From an uncultured Lachnospiraceae bacterium (GTDB lineage Bacteria; Bacillota; Clostridia; TANB77; CAG-508): a stretch of DNA of 64,000 nucleotides. The position numbers and the translations under genes are program-made. The stretch spans positions 19,463 to 83,462 of the forward strand of contig CAZTTS010000002.1 in the NCBI GenBank assembly GCA_964616165.1. Direction: 5' to 3'. Within the stretch, counting starts at the first letter, position 1; each line of letters opens with the position of its first letter. The notes under the pieces are model-generated. The model was not told the DNA's origin and ran no database searches. It worked only from the letters and a program-made list of their open reading frames with translations. This document shows positions 49,186-59,203 of the stretch, in pieces.

Positions 49186-52100
49186 ATGAAATGGACTAAA
49201 AAACAAGAAGAAGCTATAAATGAAAAAGGCGAAATACTAGTAGCAGCAGCAGCTGGTTCTGGTAAAACTTCTGTTTTAGTTGAAAGAAATATTAAAAAAA
49301 TAATTAATGAAAAAGTAGATATTAACAAAATTTTATCTATAACATTTACAACAGCAGCAGCGAATGAAGTTAAAGAAAGAATACTTTTATCATTATATAA
49401 TGAATTAGATAAGAATGAAGATGATAATATTAAAAGGCAAATAAGATTATTGCCAAAAGCTAATATATCAACACTACATTCTTTTTGTTTTAATTTAATC
49501 AAAGAAAATTTCTTTAATTTAAATTTGTCATCTGAAATAGTGGTAGGACAAAGTGAAGAAATAGATATTTTAAAACAAGAAGCTTTAGAAGAGGCTTTAG
49601 AATTAGAATATGAAAAAAATGAAGAAAGTTTTTTTAATTTATTGAATTTTTATTCTAGTTATAGAAATGACAATATATTAAGAGAAGAAATAATTAAAAT
49701 ACATGAATTTTTAGAATCTATTCCTTTTTATGAAGATTGGATTGAAGAAGCATTAGATAAATTATCAGAAACAGATCTTGATTACGCTAAAACTTTCTAT
49801 GGTAGTATTTTATTTAATGAAGCTAAAGAGATTGTCAAAGGTAATATTGATTTATTAATAAATGAAAGAAGTAATTTATCAATTGATCCTAATCTAATAG
49901 TTTTTAGAGATACTATTTCTGCAGATATAGACCAATTAGAAAAATTATTGAATACTAGTAATTGGGATGAGTTATATAATCAACTTAATTACATAGAATT
50001 TGAAAGATGGCCAACTAAAAAAGGATTAGTTTCAGATGAAAAAGATAGAGCATATAGAAATAGAAACAAGGTTAAAGATGATATTGCTTTATTAAAAGAT
50101 GTATATATTAGAGAAAAAAGCGAAAATATTATAGAAGATAATCTTGGTATAATTAATAATATTAAAACATTATTTAGTTTATCTCAAAAATTAGATAAAG
50201 CCTATACTGAACTAAAACAAAGCAAAAACCTTTTAGATTTTGCTGATTTAGAAAAATATGCATTAAAATTATTGTTAGAGAAAAGAGATGGAAAATATTT
50301 TAGAACTGAAATAGCAGAAAATATTAGTCAAAAATATGTAGAAATACAAGTTGATGAATATCAAGACATCAACAAAATGCAGGACTTAATCATCTGGTCA
50401 ATATCTAATGATAATGTGTTTAGAGTTGGAGATTTAAAACAAAGCATATATAGATTTAGAAAAGCAAATCCTGATATTTTTATTGAAAAATATAATATGT
50501 TTAAAGAAAAAGATGCTGGAGAAATAAAAAACGAAACAGAAAAGCATATGAATTCAAGTTTAATTAATCATTCTAATGATGGAACAGATATATTAAATGG
50601 ATCAAAAATTCTTCTATATCAAAACTTTAGATCTAGAAAAAATATAATTAATTTTTGTAATGATTTGTTTTCTATAATAATGTCTGAAAAACTTGGTGAA
50701 ATTGAATATGATGAAAAAGAATATTTAAATTATTCTGCTAATTATGAAGATAAAGATACAACTACTGAAATTACATTAATTTCAAAAGAAGGGTCAACAG
50801 ATACAGATGATTTAGATGATGAAACTAAAGAACTCATAGAAAATACTGAAAACATACAATTAGAAGCTTATTATATTGCGAACAGAATAAAAGAATTATT
50901 TGATTCAGAATTTTTAGTGCAAGATTCTTCTGGTTCCAGAAAGATTGAATATAGAGATATAGTAATTCTGCTTAGATCTGCAAAAGATAGAGCAGATACA
51001 ATTGAAAAAATATTATATGAAAAAGGTATACCCGTTTATACAGATTCTTCTAGTAATTTTTTTGAATCACCAGAAATAGCAACAATAATTTCGTTGTTAA
51101 AAATCATAGATAATCCATTATTAGATATAGATTTTGTTTCTATATTAAAATCGTTTTTTGGTGGATTTACTTTAAACGAAATCACTAAAATTAGAATAAC
51201 AAATAAGAATACTTCAATGTATGGTTCGTTAAGAGAATATTATGAAAAAACAAAAGATAAAAAAACAAAAAACTTTTTAGATTTTTTAACTAAATTAAAA
51301 GAAGTTGAAAAGTACTTAGGTATCACTAGTTTATTGAATTTGATTTTAATTGATTCAGGCTATATTAATTATATTTCTTTAGAAAACAATGGTGAAATTA
51401 AAAAAGCTAATTTATCTTTGTTCTTAAGTAGAGCAGAAGAATATGAAGGATTAGGTAATATAGGTTTATTTAAATTTATTCAATATTTAGAAAGATTAGA
51501 AATAAATAATACAGATATTGCATCAGCTAATATTATTGGTGAAAAAGAAAATGTTGTAAGAATAATGACAGTACACTCTTCGAAAGGATTAGAATTCCCA
51601 ATAGTAATTTTAGCCAATACGAATAAAAGAATAAATCTACAAGATTTAAGAGATAATCTTTTGTTAAGCTTAAACTTTGGTGTTGCTATAGATTATTTAG
51701 ATTATAAAAGAAAGATTAAATATCCCACTCTTATTAAAGAAGCTATTAAAATAAAAATGAAAGAAGAAATAGTAGCTGAAGAAATGAGAGTATTATATGT
51801 TGCTTTAACAAGAGCAAAAGAAAAACTTATTTTAACTGGTGCAATGAAAGATGCTAATAAATATATTACTGATATAAATAATTTAGCAGAAAGCTATACT
51901 GAGAGAAGCACAGAAAAGATTAAATATACAATGTCACCATATATTTTAAAGTCTAAATCATCATATTTAGAATGGATATTATTAGCAAATAATATTGGCT
52001 TAAGCAATTCAAAACTTACAATACTAACTGCAGATTCACTAGACTTTAAAGAAAAAGAATATAAAAAAGAAATTTTAAAGATTGATTTATCTGAATTCCA

Positions 52101-52818
52101 AGATGAAAGTATAGCTCTAATTAATAAGAAACTAGAGATGTTAGATTATAAATATGATATTAAAGATTTGAATTACACTAAAATTGCTGCAAGTAGAGTT
52201 GATCTTTCTGAAGAAAATATTATACAAGAAAACATTAAATCAATTCAAATGAAAAAACCAAAATTCATGATATCTGATACATTTTCAAAAGCTGAAATAG
52301 GTAGTTTTAATCATTTGTTTTTACAAAAATTAAAATTTAATAAAATATATAGCAAAGAAGAACTAAAAGCTGAATTAAATAAAATAGTAAAAGAAGGCTT
52401 ATTATTAGAAGAACAAGCTAAACATATTGATATTAAAGCAATTTTAAATTTTGTTCAAACAGAAGAGTATAAGGAAATAATAAATTCAAAACAAGAAAAA
52501 GAAAAACAATTTGTTTCAAAGTTTTTAATGTCAGAAATCAAAGAGATTATTGATAAAGATAATATAGAGATTGAAGAGAAAGATAAAGAAGAGGAATTTG
52601 TATTAATTCAGGGTATGATTGATTTATATTATATTACTGAAGATAATAAGCTTAAGATTTTAGATTATAAAACAGACAATACAGATTTAAACACTTTAAA
52701 AGAGAGATATAAAACTCAAATGTTAATTTATAAAAAAGCTCTTGAAAAAGCTTTAAAAAGAGAAGTAGATCAAGTATTAATTTATTCTACTATTCACAAT
52801 AAATATATAGAAATATAA
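49186..52818 (+). CDS. addA: ATP-dependent helicase/nuclease subunit A (AddA; UvrD-like helicase plus C-terminal PD-(D/E)xK nuclease)
   Basis: AAAGSGKT Walker A, UvrD helicase motifs, and C-terminal nuclease motif GMIDLYY...LDYKTD; 1210 aa. No addB-like gene upstream. Confidence 0.8.
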   Translation: MKWTKKQEEAINEKGEILVAAAAGSGKTSVLVERNIKKIINEKVDINKILSITFTTAAANEVKERILLSLYNELDKNEDDNIKRQIRLLPKANISTLHSFCFNLIKENFFNLNLSSEIVVGQSEEIDILKQEALEEALELEYEKNEESFFNLLNFYSSYRNDNILREEIIKIHEFLESIPFYEDWIEEALDKLSETDLDYAKTFYGSILFNEAKEIVKGNIDLLINERSNLSIDPNLIVFRDTISADIDQLEKLLNTSNWDELYNQLNYIEFERWPTKKGLVSDEKDRAYRNRNKVKDDIALLKDVYIREKSENIIEDNLGIINNIKTLFSLSQKLDKAYTELKQSKNLLDFADLEKYALKLLLEKRDGKYFRTEIAENISQKYVEIQVDEYQDINKMQDLIIWSISNDNVFRVGDLKQSIYRFRKANPDIFIEKYNMFKEKDAGEIKNETEKHMNSSLINHSNDGTDILNGSKILLYQNFRSRKNIINFCNDLFSIIMSEKLGEIEYDEKEYLNYSANYEDKDTTTEITLISKEGSTDTDDLDDETKELIENTENIQLEAYYIANRIKELFDSEFLVQDSSGSRKIEYRDIVILLRSAKDRADTIEKILYEKGIPVYTDSSSNFFESPEIATIISLLKIIDNPLLDIDFVSILKSFFGGFTLNEITKIRITNKNTSMYGSLREYYEKTKDKKTKNFLDFLTKLKEVEKYLGITSLLNLILIDSGYINYISLENNGEIKKANLSLFLSRAEEYEGLGNIGLFKFIQYLERLEINNTDIASANIIGEKENVVRIMTVHSSKGLEFPIVILANTNKRINLQDLRDNLLLSLNFGVAIDYLDYKRKIKYPTLIKEAIKIKMKEEIVAEEMRVLYVALTRAKEKLILTGAMKDANKYITDINNLAESYTERSTEKIKYTMSPYILKSKSSYLEWILLANNIGLSNSKLTILTADSLDFKEKEYKKEILKIDLSEFQDESIALINKKLEMLDYKYDIKDLNYTKIAASRVDLSEENIIQENIKSIQMKKPKFMISDTFSKAEIGSFNHLFLQKLKFNKIYSKEELKAELNKIVKEGLLLEEQAKHIDIKAILNFVQTEEYKEIINSKQEKEKQFVSKFLMSEIKEIIDKDNIEIEEKDKEEEFVLIQGMIDLYYITEDNKLKILDYKTDNTDLNTLKERYKTQMLIYKKALEKALKREVDQVLIYSTIHNKYIEI

Positions 52819-52860
52819 GTTGATATAGTATATAATAAAAAATATATAAAGGAGATGAAT

Positions 52861-53937
52861 ATGGCCAAAAAAAATTCGAAAAAAACAAAGAATGCTGATG
52901 AAAAAAAAGAAAAAGATAAGATTAAAAATAAAGAAGATAAAAAAGTAAAAGAAAAGAGTAATAAAAATAAAGAAGAAAAAATAATAAAGGAAAAGAAAGA
53001 AAAAAAAGCATCTAAAAATAAAGAAGAAAAAACAGTAAAGAAAAATAAAAAAGATAAGATAAAAGATACTAAAAAAGAAGCAAAAAAAGAGAAAAAAGCA
53101 AAAAAAGATTTTAAAGTAGAGATTCAAGAAGAAGAAACTGAAGAAATGATGGACGAAGAAACTAGTAAAGCTAAATATGTTTTTATATATTTTTTTATGA
53201 CTTTAATGCTTATTGCCATATTAGCTCTTTTGTTTATAATTTTAAATGACAGATATTCTTTAATATATAAAAAACCTGTTGCTACTATTGAACTAGAAGA
53301 ATATGGTAATATTGTAGTTGAATTAGATCCAACAAAAGCTCCAAATACAGTAAATAATTTTGTAAAATTAGTTGAAGACGGCTTTTATGACGGGAAAGTT
53401 GTTTATGGCCTTGATGCTATTTCAATACATTTTGGAAGAGCAAAAAGAGGGGGGTCAGACAATGCTACTACTTCAATGGTAGATAAAAGCATTGAAGTAG
53501 ACTCAGCTCTTGATTATGAATACGAAATAGAGGGAGAATTTGAAAGTAATAATTTTAAATTAAATGATATTAATCATGAAAAATATGTATTGTCTTTGGT
53601 AAGAGCTGATTATTCAGATTTGGGTGTAATACCTCAAGCTTACTCATATAATTCTGGAGCACCACAATTTAAAATATTATTTGATAATGCACCTGGGATG
53701 AATGGAAACTATGCGGCTTTTGGTAAAGTTACAGAAGGGACAGAAATAATAGATGAACTAGCAAAAAGAAAATTGGAAAGCAATTGGGAAGGCGAATTAA
53801 ATAGATACGAGAAATTTGTAACGATTAAATCTATAACAGTTAATACTTTTGGAAGAAAGTTTAAAGATGTTAAATTACATAAAATGTTTTCACCAGAAGA
53901 ATATTTCTTGCAATTGTTTCAAAATGATTGGTTATAA
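52861..53937 (+). CDS. Membrane-anchored cyclophilin-type peptidyl-prolyl isomerase with a K/E-rich N-terminal low-complexity region
   Basis: About 100 aa of KEKK repeats, a TM helix, then a cyclophilin-like domain (APNTVNNFVKLVEDGFYDG). RBS AAGGAG precedes the ATG at 52861. Confidence 0.6.
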   Translation: MAKKNSKKTKNADEKKEKDKIKNKEDKKVKEKSNKNKEEKIIKEKKEKKASKNKEEKTVKKNKKDKIKDTKKEAKKEKKAKKDFKVEIQEEETEEMMDEETSKAKYVFIYFFMTLMLIAILALLFIILNDRYSLIYKKPVATIELEEYGNIVVELDPTKAPNTVNNFVKLVEDGFYDGKVVYGLDAISIHFGRAKRGGSDNATTSMVDKSIEVDSALDYEYEIEGEFESNNFKLNDINHEKYVLSLVRADYSDLGVIPQAYSYNSGAPQFKILFDNAPGMNGNYAAFGKVTEGTEIIDELAKRKLESNWEGELNRYEKFVTIKSITVNTFGRKFKDVKLHKMFSPEEYFLQLFQNDWL

Positions 53938-53955
53938 AAGATATAGGAGAAAAGT

Positions 53956-55380
53956 ATGAATAAAAAAGGAATAACACTAGTTGCATTATCAATAACTATT
54001 CTAGTTATGATAATATTAGGAACAGCAGCTGTTGGAAGTGTTATAGGCATTATTAATCTAGGAAGAAAAGATGGTTTTGAAGCTACTTCAAGAATTGTTA
54101 GAGAACAGATTGAAGTAATTTATAGAGAAACTATGAATAAAAAAGAAAGTGATGAAGATTTTGATGCTGCTTTTAGAAGACTTTATGTTCCAACTACATT
54201 TTCTACTCCTTTGCCTCTTCCAGCAAGTGCAATACCACAAGAAACATTAAATGTTATAGTAGATAGATATAGTATGACTGCTTTACAATTAGAAGCCTTA
54301 CCTTTTTACAGAGTCAATACTCTTCAAAGTAAAAAACTATTAGGGATAGAAAATAGCCAATTAAATTTTTATGTGAATTTTGATAAAAACATAGTTTTTA
54401 CTATGTCACCAGTTGAAGTTAATGAAAAAAATGTTTATACATTAGAAGAAATTGATTTAAACTTCAAAGTTACCAATAAAACCATAGATATTTCTCAAAT
54501 TAATATTGGAGATATAATTATATATGATCCAACAAAAGGAGTAACAGACACAACATTACTAACATACATCTCACCTATTGGATCAGCATTTGCAGAAAAT
54601 AATATTTCAGGGAATGGACATTCTTCGCAAACTTTGACCGCAACATCATCGCATAATCAATACATTGTTATTGGTAAAGAAAATGGGAAAATAAAAATGA
54701 TGAGCAGAAATTTAATAAACCTTTCTGGATCACATTTTAATATTAATAATGGACAAGGACTTTTATATTATGAAGAAGAATTACATAAAATGTGTAGTAT
54801 TTTTGGTCATGGAATAGGTGCTGACAAATCAATGGTTACTACATATACCATAGGTAATCCTGCAATTCCATCTGAATTAAAAACGAAAAAAATTAGAGAT
54901 TCTGGTGCTAGATCTATAATGTTAGAGGATTTAGAAGTAATGTCAGCAACTAATTTAAGAGCAAATGGAAATTCTGCAAATCCTACAGTTAATGTTTATG
55001 TTCCTACATTATTAGGGCAAGACAATAGTGGTATGTCAGAACCTGAATCAAGAAAAAGCAATCTTTTATATACATATAAAGCTACTCCGAGAACTAGTTT
55101 TGTTTTAAGATCTAAGTATTCATCAGTAGGACTAAATAATATATTTTTAAACTCTTATCATATAGCAAATAGGGCAGTTAATACTACTGAAAGTTCAGCA
55201 AGTTTTATTACAATGGCAGTTGATTTAAACAATATTTTAGGTACTGCTCCAATAACTGGAACAAATAGCAATTATACAAGTGCAATATGTTCTCGTTATT
55301 TGCGTCCAGTGGTGTTTTTAAGCCCAGATGTTATGCTTAAACAAACAACAACTAACAATCAATGGCAAGTTGTTCAATAA
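53956..55380 (+). CDS. Prepilin-like N-terminal domain protein (paralog of 17905 at the N-terminus), C-terminal domain of unknown type
   Basis: MNKKG|ITLVALSITILVMIILGTAAVG matches a class III signal-like N-terminus with Ala at +5; 474 aa; no LRR repeats. Confidence 0.55.
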   Translation: MNKKGITLVALSITILVMIILGTAAVGSVIGIINLGRKDGFEATSRIVREQIEVIYRETMNKKESDEDFDAAFRRLYVPTTFSTPLPLPASAIPQETLNVIVDRYSMTALQLEALPFYRVNTLQSKKLLGIENSQLNFYVNFDKNIVFTMSPVEVNEKNVYTLEEIDLNFKVTNKTIDISQINIGDIIIYDPTKGVTDTTLLTYISPIGSAFAENNISGNGHSSQTLTATSSHNQYIVIGKENGKIKMMSRNLINLSGSHFNINNGQGLLYYEEELHKMCSIFGHGIGADKSMVTTYTIGNPAIPSELKTKKIRDSGARSIMLEDLEVMSATNLRANGNSANPTVNVYVPTLLGQDNSGMSEPESRKSNLLYTYKATPRTSFVLRSKYSSVGLNNIFLNSYHIANRAVNTTESSASFITMAVDLNNILGTAPITGTNSNYTSAICSRYLRPVVFLSPDVMLKQTTTNNQWQVVQ

Positions 55381-55439
55381 CTCTTGATATATTATAGTAC
55401 AAAAGATGGTAAACTAAATTAAAATAGAAGGAAAAGAAG

Positions 55440-56090
55440 ATGAAAGATAATATAACTTTAAAAAAAGTAATTTGGACAGTAATAGGATTTTTAATATTGG
55501 CTTTAATTATAGTGCCTGTTGGTGAAACTCTTATTAATGAATCTAGATATAAAAATCCTAATAAAGACTTGGTTTATGTAAGTAATGATGATTTTGATAT
55601 GACTATTAATAGATTTGTTGCGTCTGGAAGAGATGGATTTGTTAATGTTGATATTGTTAAAAAGAATGAAAATTGGAAATATGCAGAAATACAAGTTATT
55701 GATAAAGATGGATATATTATACATAGAGAATTTGTTGATTTAAGAGATGTGCCTGTAGGAACAAAAGTCAATGTAGAATTTTCGTTTAAAGGAGAGGATG
55801 CTGTTGCTTTAAATATTATAGGAAGTGATGAAATAAAAGAACCGATATCAGTTTTAAATACTTTAAAAAATAAAATTAAAGATACAAAAATATATAAGGC
55901 AATAGACAATTTATATGAAAAACATGTTAAGGATAAATTTGGCTTTAATTTTGATGAAATAAAACTACAATTACAAAAAGTTCCTACTTGGTTAAAAGGG
56001 CTGTATTTGCAGGTTAGTGCTTACTTTACTGCTTTACATCCAGGCTTAAGAGCTATTATATTAATAGGTATAGGATATATGTTTATATAG
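55440..56090 (+). CDS. Hypothetical membrane protein (N-terminal signal anchor, C-terminal TM)
   Basis: 216 aa ORF 59 nt downstream of the pilin-like gene; hydrophobic N- and C-termini. Confidence 0.45.
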   Translation: MKDNITLKKVIWTVIGFLILALIIVPVGETLINESRYKNPNKDLVYVSNDDFDMTINRFVASGRDGFVNVDIVKKNENWKYAEIQVIDKDGYIIHREFVDLRDVPVGTKVNVEFSFKGEDAVALNIIGSDEIKEPISVLNTLKNKIKDTKIYKAIDNLYEKHVKDKFGFNFDEIKLQLQKVPTWLKGLYLQVSAYFTALHPGLRAIILIGIGYMFI

Positions 56091-56143
56091 TTTATATAAA
56101 CAAGAATTTAATAATAGTTAATTAATAAAAAATAAAGGGAAAT

Positions 56144-56926
56144 ATGGATACAAAAGAAAGATGTAAAGAGATTAGAAAAATAATATTAAAATTAGTATAT
56201 GATGCTCAATCAGGACATATTGGAGGATCATTTTCGGCAACTGAAATATTAACAACATTATACTTTGAATTTTTAAATTCTGATGATAAAGTTATTATTT
56301 CAAAAGGTCATATTTCACCACTAATATATGCTATTTTATATCAAAAAGGCATTCTTTCAGAAAAAGATTTAAAAGGCTTTAGAAAAATTGATGGTAAATT
56401 AGAAGGACATATTAGCAAGTTTTCATGTAAGGGAATAGATTTTTCGTCAGGCTCTTTAGGACAGGGTTTATCTGTAGCAAATGGTATGGCAATTGTTAAA
56501 CAAAGAGAAAAACAACCAGGTATAGTATATTGTTTGCTTGGAGATGGTGAGATGCAAGAAGGACAAATTTGGGAAGCTTTAATGACATCATCTAAAGAAG
56601 AATTAGCAAATTTAGTAATTTTAATAGATAAGAATAGCTATCAATTAGATGGAGCTGTAGCTGATATTAAAAATATAGATCCATTAGGACATAAATTAGT
56701 AAGTTTTAAAATTGAAACAATAGAAATTGATGGACATGATATAAATGAGATTAGACATGCATTTAAGAAAGCACAAGAAAAAAGAACAAAAGCATTAGCT
56801 ATTATATGTAATACTGTAAAAGGTAAAGGTGTTTCTTTTATGGAAAACACGAGTAAATGGCATGGAAAATCACCTAATGAAGAAGAGTATATAGAAGCAT
56901 TGAAAGAATTGGAGAATGAATTATGA
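56144..56926 (+). CDS. Transketolase, N-terminal (thiamine-diphosphate-binding) subunit
   Basis: GHIGGSFSATEILT and GDGEMQEGQIWEA TPP-binding motifs; split transketolase arrangement. Confidence 0.85.
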   Translation: MDTKERCKEIRKIILKLVYDAQSGHIGGSFSATEILTTLYFEFLNSDDKVIISKGHISPLIYAILYQKGILSEKDLKGFRKIDGKLEGHISKFSCKGIDFSSGSLGQGLSVANGMAIVKQREKQPGIVYCLLGDGEMQEGQIWEALMTSSKEELANLVILIDKNSYQLDGAVADIKNIDPLGHKLVSFKIETIEIDGHDINEIRHAFKKAQEKRTKALAIICNTVKGKGVSFMENTSKWHGKSPNEEEYIEALKELENEL

Positions 56927-57849
56927 AAAAAGCAACAAGAGAAAGTTATGGTGAAATCTTAAAAGAAATAGGAAAAAATAAGAATATTTATGTTTTAGAT
57001 GCAGATCTTTCTGGTTCAACTAAAACAGAAGAATTTCAAAAGCTTTATCCCAATAGATTTATAAATATGGGAATATCAGAACAAGACATGGTAGGAACAG
57101 CTGCTGGAATTGCTTTATCAGGAAAAACGGTTTTTTGTTCTTCTTTTGCAATTTTTTTAGTTGGAAAAACCTATGATCAAACTAGATTAGCTATTGGATA
57201 TAATAATGCTAATGTAAAACTTGTTTCAACTCATTCAGGTTTATCACCAGGTGAAGATGGCCCAACACATCAAATGATTGAAGATATAGCAATTATGAGA
57301 ACTATGCCTAATATGAGAGTATTTGTTCCTGGAGATGATATATCAACTAAGAGGATAATTGAAGAGATTAGTAAAGATGAAAAACCAGCATATATTAGAT
57401 TATCAAGATCTAAAACAAATATTATATATGATGAAAATGAAATTTTTGAATTAGGTAAATCAAAAGTTCATGGAGAAGGGAAAAGAGCAACAATTTTTGC
57501 AATAGGAGATGTTTTAGAAAGAGCATTAGAAGTTCAAAAAATTTTACTAAACGAACATAATATAGATATTAGAGTTGTAGACTTATATAGTATAAAACCA
57601 ATAGATGAGGACACGATATTAAAGTGTGCTAAAGAAACAGATTTATTACTAAGTGTTGAAAACCATAATATTATTGGAGGATTAGGAAGTGCAATATCTG
57701 AAATATTAACAACTAGTTATCCTAAAAAACTTATTAGAATGGGCTTAGAAGATGTTTTTGGTAAAAGTGGTAAAGCTGAAGAATTATTAGATAAATTTGG
57801 ATTATCTGTAGAAAATATTATAAAGAAAATTTTAGGAGAAATATTATGA
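56923..57849 (+). CDS. Transketolase, C-terminal (pyrimidine-binding/C-terminal) subunit
   Basis: Overlaps the upstream stop (ATGA); transketolase pyrimidine-binding and C-terminal domains. Confidence 0.85.
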   Translation: MKKATRESYGEILKEIGKNKNIYVLDADLSGSTKTEEFQKLYPNRFINMGISEQDMVGTAAGIALSGKTVFCSSFAIFLVGKTYDQTRLAIGYNNANVKLVSTHSGLSPGEDGPTHQMIEDIAIMRTMPNMRVFVPGDDISTKRIIEEISKDEKPAYIRLSRSKTNIIYDENEIFELGKSKVHGEGKRATIFAIGDVLERALEVQKILLNEHNIDIRVVDLYSIKPIDEDTILKCAKETDLLLSVENHNIIGGLGSAISEILTTSYPKKLIRMGLEDVFGKSGKAEELLDKFGLSVENIIKKILGEIL

Positions 57850-59177
57850 GAAAAAAAAGCAATCCTGAAAAAATAGCAGAAAGAAGAGCAAAAAGAAAAG
57901 AAAAGATGATAAATGAAACAGATTTAAATACTCATTTACCACCACAAAGAGAGAGTACTGCTTTTTATGAAAAAGACAATAAAAAGAAAAGAAAACCTAA
58001 AAAAATTTCTTATTCAAAAAATAGAAGAAATAGAAAAAGAGTAGTAGGTAAAAAATCTTTTAAGGCTTATATTATCGTATTGTTTATAGCTATATTAATT
58101 CTTATTATTTCTATTCTATCAGGTAATAGAAAGGAAGATGTTAGCAAATTTTTTTATTATAACAACCAGAAGATAACAACTAAAAAACCTATTAAAACTT
58201 CATTGGCACAAAATAGCACTGCTAGGCTAGCAATTCTTTCATTAGACGATATTAAAAATATTTTTGATCCTAATATTAGATATTCAAAAGAAAGTAAAGA
58301 AATAATTACAATAGGAAAGACTCATGTAGCAAGAATCATTTTAAACGATTATGCTATAAATTTAAATGGTACAGATTCCGCGATAAATGTATCAGCTTTT
58401 GAAGAAGACGGAGTTGTATATATACCTTTAAATGATTTATCTTCAGTATATGGAATAGAAGTATTTGTTACACAAACAAATAAAGTTTTAGTTGATCAAT
58501 TTCATAAGCAAAAAAAACTAGTTAAAGTTTTAGATAATACTAGGTTAAAAAAGTCTAAGGGTATATTTTCAAAAACCTTATTAAAACTATCTGGCAATGA
58601 AGATTATGTTTTGGTTGAAGAGGGTAAAAACAAATTGAAAATTAGAACTTTAGAAGGTATATATGGTTATGTTCCTACTAAAAAATCTAAGTCTATTATA
58701 GAAGTTAGATCTGATTATATAGAAGAAGAAGCAACTATATATAATTTTATTAGGAATTATAGAAGTCCAGATGATAACTTTGATAAAATTACATTAAAAG
58801 AAGGCTCTAATGCTACTATAATAGATTTATTTAATATAAGTGGCAATAAAAACAGTATTGTTTTGAGTGAAAAACATCAAAAAGATGAATCTTCATATAA
58901 AATATTTAGAGAAAAACTTAGAACAGAAAATATAGAGGTAGTTGCTGAGTTAAATCTTGAAAAATTTCTATTAAGCAAATATTTAGAAAACTTTGAAAAG
59001 CGTCAAAATTTTATATATAATATTTTAAAAATATCAACTAATCATAATCTTAAAGGAATTGAAATAAAGATTGCTAAAGACGAAAATTTAAAAATATATG
59101 AAGATTTTATAGAAGAATTAAAACCCAGACTTAAAGAAAGAGCTTTAATGTTTTTCGAATTTGAACAAAAAATTTAA
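57846..59177 (+). CDS. Membrane-anchored hypothetical protein with SH3b-like and copper-amine-oxidase-N-like segments
   Basis: K/R-rich N-terminus plus a TM helix. KLVKVLDNTRLKKSKG...YVLVEEGKNKLKIRTLEGIYGYVP resembles the bacterial SH3 pattern; the upstream segment is GVVYIPLNDLSSVYGIEV. Confidence 0.4.
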   Translation: MRKKSNPEKIAERRAKRKEKMINETDLNTHLPPQRESTAFYEKDNKKKRKPKKISYSKNRRNRKRVVGKKSFKAYIIVLFIAILILIISILSGNRKEDVSKFFYYNNQKITTKKPIKTSLAQNSTARLAILSLDDIKNIFDPNIRYSKESKEIITIGKTHVARIILNDYAINLNGTDSAINVSAFEEDGVVYIPLNDLSSVYGIEVFVTQTNKVLVDQFHKQKKLVKVLDNTRLKKSKGIFSKTLLKLSGNEDYVLVEEGKNKLKIRTLEGIYGYVPTKKSKSIIEVRSDYIEEEATIYNFIRNYRSPDDNFDKITLKEGSNATIIDLFNISGNKNSIVLSEKHQKDESSYKIFREKLRTENIEVVAELNLEKFLLSKYLENFEKRQNFIYNILKISTNHNLKGIEIKIAKDENLKIYEDFIEELKPRLKERALMFFEFEQKI

Positions 59178-59203
59178 AATTAAAATAGATAAGGAATAAA
59201 ATT

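Noticed and set aside
49092-49502. Minus-strand ORF spanning the addA start, with an RPPPPPASAT C-terminus
   Set aside because: It overlaps the addA N-terminus (Walker A region, strongly conserved on the + strand). The proline run is just the complement of the GC-rich 16-bp duplication.
52777-53127. Minus-strand ORF encoding a poly-Phe/Ile protein
   Set aside because: It is the reverse complement of the K/E-rich (aaa/gaa) low-complexity N-terminus of the cyclophilin gene, an artefact of codon-repeat composition.
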